A stretch of 23,831 nt of DNA from assembly GCA_002104945.1 (NCBI GenBank), contig MCFH01000149.1, positions 1-23,831 of the forward strand, written 5' to 3'. Position 1 is the stretch's first letter. Each line of letters starts with the position of its first letter. This DNA is from Piromyces finnis finn (lineage: Eukaryota; Fungi; Neocallimastigomycota). Both the position numbers and the translations under genes were made by a program. Positions 18,406 to 23,831 of this stretch are shown piece after piece. The notes under the pieces were generated by a model, which did no database searches, had not been told where the DNA came from, and worked only from the letters and a program-made list of their open reading frames with translations.

Positions 18406-20807
18406 CAATATTAAATTTTTCCAAGTGATCTTTTTAATTATTTTTAAAAGTGTTTTATAATTTTTGAAATATAAATTTGATTTTTAAATTGTTTATTTGA
18501 ATATTTAATTTATTTTTTAATCGTCTTCTATTCTTGACAATCACTTTCTATAGTAAAATATAGAATTAAGATAATATCCTCTTCGTATCAATATGATGCA
18601 ATATATTTCAAAAACACCATAAATAAAATATAATTGTGAACGTTAGCAATAGGGAATGAGAGTTGAATAATATATTAGATAATATTGTATTTATTTCTAT
18701 TTTATAATAATAAAAATAAATAATAAAAAAAATAATAAATAATAAAATAATAAATTTATAATAATATAATTAAATAGATTTTGGTTTAAAGTTTCTTTAT
18801 TTAATTATTATTATTATTATGATTATAACATTAATAACATTCAATACTAGTAGAATCGAAAGTTATTGTTTAATGAATATAAATACTTAAATATAAAATG
18901 TAAATATAAAAATATGTTGATAAAATTCTTATTAATAATAAAATATAACTTTTTGAAATAATAAAAATAAACAATAATTATTCTTTTCTTTTATAATTAA
19001 TATTTTAAACTGAATTAAATATAATAAATACTAAATACGTAATTAGTGACCTAAAACTAAACTAAAAAAACTGTAACTAAAATAAAATAAAATAGAACTT
19101 ATACTTAAAACTAAAATATCAAATATTATTTATAAATGAAAAGTTCTCTCTTCTTTTTTATATCTTGTTCTTTATCACTATTTTTATATCTTTTCATTTC
19201 TTGTGTAATTAATTATTCTAATAATGTGTAACATTTGCGTCATAATAATTTATACTAATATAGTTTAATTATTATTAACACTAGTAATTGATATACAATT
19301 TATAAAAGGATTAGATATTATTCATGAAATATTTAAAATATTATATTTTTCTATGCATCTTGTATCAAATAATGATATAATTTGATAATAATCTTAATTT
19401 TGAATTTTACTTCAAAAAGTGATTATTATATTATATCTTTTGTTATAACTATATAAGTTATATTGATTAAGATTTAAAATCGTTTTTATAAAAATTAATA
19501 AAATTGTTTTGTTAAAACACTAAATTGTTTTATTAGAAACACTTGTTTTATAATATTTAAATATTTAAAATTTTATTTATTTAAGTATAAAAGTGATTAT
19601 TAAAATTATAAAATATTAATCTAACTATATAATATTTCTTTATTAATAATAATAATAATGATTAAAATAAGAATATTTACATGTATTTATATTTTCTTTT
19701 AAATTTAAACTATTTACATTAAAACAATAAAATTAATAACTATTTACAATAAAAATAATAAAAGTAATTAGAAATAACAATAAAAGAAATAATTAAAAGT
19801 TAAAGAATATAAAAAGTTGTTTATTTTACAATTAATTAAAGTAATAATTATTTTTAATGTTTTAATAAAGGTGTTTAATTATATTATTTTATAACATGAA
19901 TTATTATATTTGTTTACTTTTAAAGTGTAATTTACTAACGAAGTTATTAATTATTTAATTTAACAATTAATTTAACAAAAGTTATATATTTTGATCTCGA
20001 TTAATTAAAGTTTATTATTTTCTTTCAATAATCAAAAATATGCAGTGTTTAGGATTAATTTTATTTAAGAATTTTGGTAAAGTACTTAATTAAACTATAA
20101 CTTATTTTAAGTTACTTTTAGGGTTAACTTAAAAATCAGGTTTAATAATAATTTTATATTTATTAATTTCATTATTAATCAATATGATAACGGATTGGTA
20201 GTTATATTATAACTTTTTAACTACTTCTTCTGTTATCTTATATTGTTTTATCTCGACAGCTATTGTACGAGCTTTAACAATATCTACTAGTTTTATTAAT
20301 TTATTTTAAGTTATTTTATAGTTTTAATAGTTTTATTATTTTAATAATATTTATATAGAATAATAACACCAGATTTATTCTAAAAAATATTATTTATTAT
20401 TAACACAATAATTACAAATTAGACAAGTTTAATTTCGTTTTTATATTTTCTTTTATTTATTGTTCTTACGCTCTTTTTAACAATAATTTTTATATATAAA
20501 AACTTATTTTTGTCTTTTAAATATTATTATGTATTCACTAATTAATTATATTAACTATTATTAAAATTTAACTTATTATTAATAATCTAAGTCTTCTCAT
20601 TTTCTACTAAAAATTATTATTATTCTTTATATTAAAAATTATTTTTATAATTTAACCCAATCAAATATATAAATTTATAAAATATTTGATTTTATGTAAA
20701 TTATATTTTTATAATAAAGTATATAAAATTATTTAATAATTATTTTATAATAAAATTTTCTACTAATATCAAATGTATAATATATTTATAATTATTATTT
20801 ATCAAGA

Positions 20808-20818
20808 TTTCCTCCCCT
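20808..20818 (-). promoter_or_regulatory. Possible polypurine tract (AGGGGAGGAAA) of the second Gypsy-type element, followed by TCT-TGA
   Basis: Isolated G-rich purine run ~340 nt downstream of the last ORF remnant, 3 nt before a TG; the LTR cannot be confirmed. Confidence 0.3.
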
Positions 20819-20921
20819 AAGATACGACTTAGTGGTAGCTGATAAAAATATTCATAAATAATAATAAATATATAAGTTTTTGATATTTTTATACTAAATA
20901 TTTAAAAATTTAATTTTTTTT

Positions 20922-20924
<3 letters not shown>

Positions 20925-20952
<28 letters not shown>
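20925..20952. repeat. (TA)14 microsatellite
   Basis: Direct reading. Confidence 0.9.
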
Positions 20953-20956
<4 letters not shown>

Positions 20957-21423
20957 AAAAATAATATAAAATAAGGTTTATAAAAAAAATGATGAAAAAT
21001 TTGAAAATTTTTATTAATAAAATTTTTTTTCAAAGAGAAATAAAAAAAATGAAGTGAAATTTTGTTAAATGTCGTAGTGTAAATATTTTTGTGTTTTTAT
21101 ATATTTTTGTAATGTAATTGTCGTATTATTTGTATATAAATGTTTAATGTGGTTTTATCTTTCTTTAAACTTTGAAAATAGATGAAATTTTGATTTTAAT
21201 ATGTCGAAATAATGTCGTTTTAAAATTGAAGTTACTGATTTGATATAATCTTTTAGATTGAAAATAATTGAATTTGAAATACTTTCTTTTACACTTTTTA
21301 TTATACTGAAATATATATTCTTAAACGAATTATTTGATGAATTTTTGATTATATCATTTTGTTTATTTCGCTTTTTTCTTGATTTTAATTTCCTGTTAAT
21401 ATTAATATTCAAGTGATTATATT

Positions 21424-22983
21424 TTAGAATTTTACTTTTATTTTTATATATCTTGATTTTGTGGCATTTTTCGTGAATAATTGGCGTTTTTTTGCTTCAT
21501 CACGGCCGACAAGATTTGACTTATTAATTGAAAATTTAATAAGTGAATCGTTTTTAATTCTTTTTGGAAATTTGCTGAAATTTGAATGAAAAATGTGATA
21601 TTTTGGATAAAAATATTTATTTTTAAATTTGAATAAATGTCGAAATTTAATTGAATATAAAAGTTTGTTTTTATTGTTAAAAGTCGAATTAAAATTTTGA
21701 ATTTTGATATTATTATTAAATGAATTAAATTGAGATTCATTAATATTTGATGGATTGAAACAATGAATCATTGAAATATTTGAAAGATTATTTTTATTTT
21801 GTTTAAAATTTGAGGGACGAGCAACCATAATAGGAGATGAATTAGTTTTCATGTAGAGAGAGTCATCATCAGGATCAATGTATAATCGGTGATTCTTTTG
21901 AGATTGACGACCTAATATAATATCATAACATGAATCTTCATCTTCTAGAATCCAGAATAATGCATAGATTTTTAAATCACCAAATTTAAGAGTTAAATTA
22001 ACAGCTTGATTTGTTGAAATAACTTGTTTGCTAGCTAATTTAAAGAAAGTTCTCTTAAAATGTGTAATATTATGATTTGCTGATATTAAATTAAAGAAGG
22101 ATTTAGTAATAACATTAACATCAGAACCAGTATCTACTAAAACTCGGACAATGTTATTATCAATTGAGCCAATGACAGAAGCAATGTTGATTTTATTAAT
22201 GACATTAATTTCGTTATCTGCTATATTGATAATATCATCATCATTGTCATTATCAGCATCATCATTGTTTTCATTATTTTTATTATTATAATTTTCATTA
22301 ATGATATTAATAAATGAATTAATATCATCATCATTAAGATCCATATTTTGAATGGCGTTTATTTTCCGAACGTCATTTGGATCAAGCTTTAAACCTTTGG
22401 CACAAAGTCTTCTGATGATAGGACTGACTGCAAGCAATTGTGCAAAAGAGATACCAGCATTTGTATTATTAAGGGCATCAAAAATATTATATTCTTTATT
22501 TTTGCCCAACATGACAATAGAACGTAGGAAGTCATAATAGTTGCTTTTGGGAGACTTTTTGCTATCTATAACTTCTTCTAATTCGTCCTGTTTACTTGGT
22601 ATATCTGGACCAATTCTTCTTTTATTTCTGGTTTCTTTATTTTTCATCTTAGCAGAGGAAATATTCTTGCCTGCAATTACCGAGGGGTCTAAGATGTCTA
22701 GGCGGGAAGTAGTGGTATGAAAATTTGAATTTTTCTCATTACGAATTTCTTGCTGTTCTTTCATCTGAGTGGCCTTTGTGTGTATTGGTAATGGATTTTC
22801 TCGAAGTTTCTTTTTCTTCGACTGAGTCACGTGATCCTCATCATCACTTTCATCACTTTCTTCAGAACTTTTTCTCTTGAATGCATAAATAAGGTTTTCG
22901 ATGTCCTTATCATCGACTGTATTTGTCACGTGATCACGTGTAACGTAATCCTTATCATTTTCATTGATTGGATCATCCACCAA
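21424..22983 (-). CDS. Gag-Pol linker plus retroviral-type aspartic protease (519-aa ORF, 5' junction frameshifted)
   Basis: VLVDTGSDVN (DTG 22126-22134) and YDIILGR; upstream YNIFDALNNT..ISFAQLLAVSP segment resembles fungal Gypsy linkers. Confidence 0.85.
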   Translation of the reverse strand: MVDDPINENDKDYVTRDHVTNTVDDKDIENLIYAFKRKSSEESDESDDEDHVTQSKKKKLRENPLPIHTKATQMKEQQEIRNEKNSNFHTTTSRLDILDPSVIAGKNISSAKMKNKETRNKRRIGPDIPSKQDELEEVIDSKKSPKSNYYDFLRSIVMLGKNKEYNIFDALNNTNAGISFAQLLAVSPIIRRLCAKGLKLDPNDVRKINAIQNMDLNDDDINSFINIINENYNNKNNENNDDADNDNDDDIINIADNEINVINKINIASVIGSIDNNIVRVLVDTGSDVNVITKSFFNLISANHNITHFKRTFFKLASKQVISTNQAVNLTLKFGDLKIYALFWILEDEDSCYDIILGRQSQKNHRLYIDPDDDSLYMKTNSSPIMVARPSNFKQNKNNLSNISMIHCFNPSNINESQFNSFNNNIKIQNFNSTFNNKNKLLYSIKFRHLFKFKNKYFYPKYHIFHSNFSKFPKRIKNDSLIKFSINKSNLVGRDEAKKRQLFTKNATKSRYIKIKVKF

Positions 22984-23184
22984 AGGGTTAGAGAATTTTT
23001 TTTAGAATTTGGAAATTTTTTTGTTTTATGGAATCACGTGTATTACAACATAGATTTGCTCATTAATGTTGTTGATGTTGTGGGTTTGGTTATTATCAAT
23101 TTTGGAGTTAGAAGGGGAAGATTGAGAACTTCCCCATTTAATTTAAATGGTTTTGGGTTTTGAGGAGGGTAGCTATGATTTTGT

Positions 23185-23831
23185 TCACATCGTCATTTCG
23201 TTTGGGCAGAAGCGGGCATCATGTCCTTTCTGGTTACAACGGTGGCAGATATGAATTTTCATCTGGGCAAAGCTTTTGGTCAAAGCATCCAGATCTGATT
23301 CTTTAGCTTCTTCTTTAGTAGTCTTTTCATTATCAGTACTACTATTATTTTCGTTATTATTATAAGAGGTTTTATCTTCAACTTCTATTTTTCTCTTATA
23401 ATAATTATTTTTGTTTTGAGTTCTTTTATTGGGTACATATTCATCATCACTTTCATAAGCAGATAGAAGCTCATCTGCTTTAATAGCAATGACCATAGCA
23501 TCCTTTAAAGTTTTTGGTTGTTTGTTAATAAGAGAATTTAATATAGAAGTTCTCCTATTAAAAGCTTTTGTATAAAGAAAAACAAGTCTTTCTTCAGAAG
23601 GCTTGTCCCTTTCTTTAATTTCTTTCAAAAGGTCGTTAAAAGAACGGTTAAATTCTCTAACAGAGCTTTTGTTTACTTTTATTTTTTCTAACTTATTTAG
23701 GTTTCTATTAGAGGTTTTATCATCCTCAAATAAGTTAGATATTTTATTGATAAATTCATTATAAGATAGGGATCTATCTTCATAATAAATATCACTACAA
23801 AGATCCTTTGAGTTACCGGTAGTAGCAAGCA
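23185..23831 (-). CDS. gag: Gag C-terminal part with CCHC zinc knuckle; frame open to the window edge
   Basis: CHRCNQKGHDARFC (23206-23247) = CX2CX4HX4C. I found no stop codon from 23829 to 23628 by manual translation (..VREFNRSFNDLL..). Confidence 0.88.
   Translation of the reverse strand, partial: LATTGNSKDLCSDIYYEDRSLSYNEFINKISNLFEDDKTSNRNLNKLEKIKVNKSSVREFNRSFNDLLKEIKERDKPSEERLVFLYTKAFNRRTSILNSLINKQPKTLKDAMVIAIKADELLSAYESDDEYVPNKRTQNKNNYYKRKIEVEDKTSYNNNENNSSTDNEKTTKEEAKESDLDALTKSFAQMKIHICHRCNQKGHDARFCPNEMTM

Larger units (their letters stand above)
21155..23831 (-). mobile_element. Second Ty3/Gypsy-type element, gag-protease only in this window (RT/RH/IN absent); 5' part beyond the right edge
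   Basis: gag with zinc knuckle, then a linker and aspartic protease, then low-complexity sequence without RT motifs. Confidence 0.8.

Noticed and set aside
18217-18408. 63-aa ORF over island B
   Set aside because: Short, TTG-started and motif-free; overlaps a non-coding repeat architecture
20185-20804. TGATAA...TTATCA 620-bp segment as 3' LTR of the second Gypsy element
   Set aside because: A 6-bp AT-rich match is expected by chance, and the partner LTR is outside the window, so it is unsupported
21444-23163. ORFs 21444-21740, 22352-22537 and 22831-23163
   Set aside because: Alternative-frame or antisense shadows of the gag-protease region

Overview
Extremely AT-rich eukaryotic window with no recognisable host protein-coding gene. 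Its composition, (AAT)n tracts and the fungal-type retroelements suggest an anaerobic gut fungus (Neocallimastigomycota); this is an inference. Left to right: (1) a Ty3/Gypsy LTR retrotransposon on the minus strand with gag, a -1 ribosomal frameshift signal and PR-RT-RNaseH-IN, where a 1-nt lesion splits the integrase DDE and the element runs off the left edge; (2) two identical intron-less tRNA-Trp(CCA) genes facing each other about 1 kb apart; (3) a ~95%-identical ~0.55-kb repeat in two inverted copies with Helitron-like termini; (4) a full-length 5.9-kb APE-RT-CCHC LINE on the minus strand, with a 30-nt poly(A) tail, a 13-bp target-site duplication and two tandem 124-bp highly structured 5' monomers. 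Its leader carries spliceosomal-type signals, it lacks a normal ORF1, and its coding region is broken mainly by 1-nt indels; (5) a second Gypsy-type element with gag (CCHC) and protease but no RT/IN, running off the right edge. Three or four short islands with otherwise unrelated sequence share one fixed-spacing motif architecture (TAACCCTT...RTAWCTY...TTAGAAAG...RAGATAT). All alignments and folds were done by eye.
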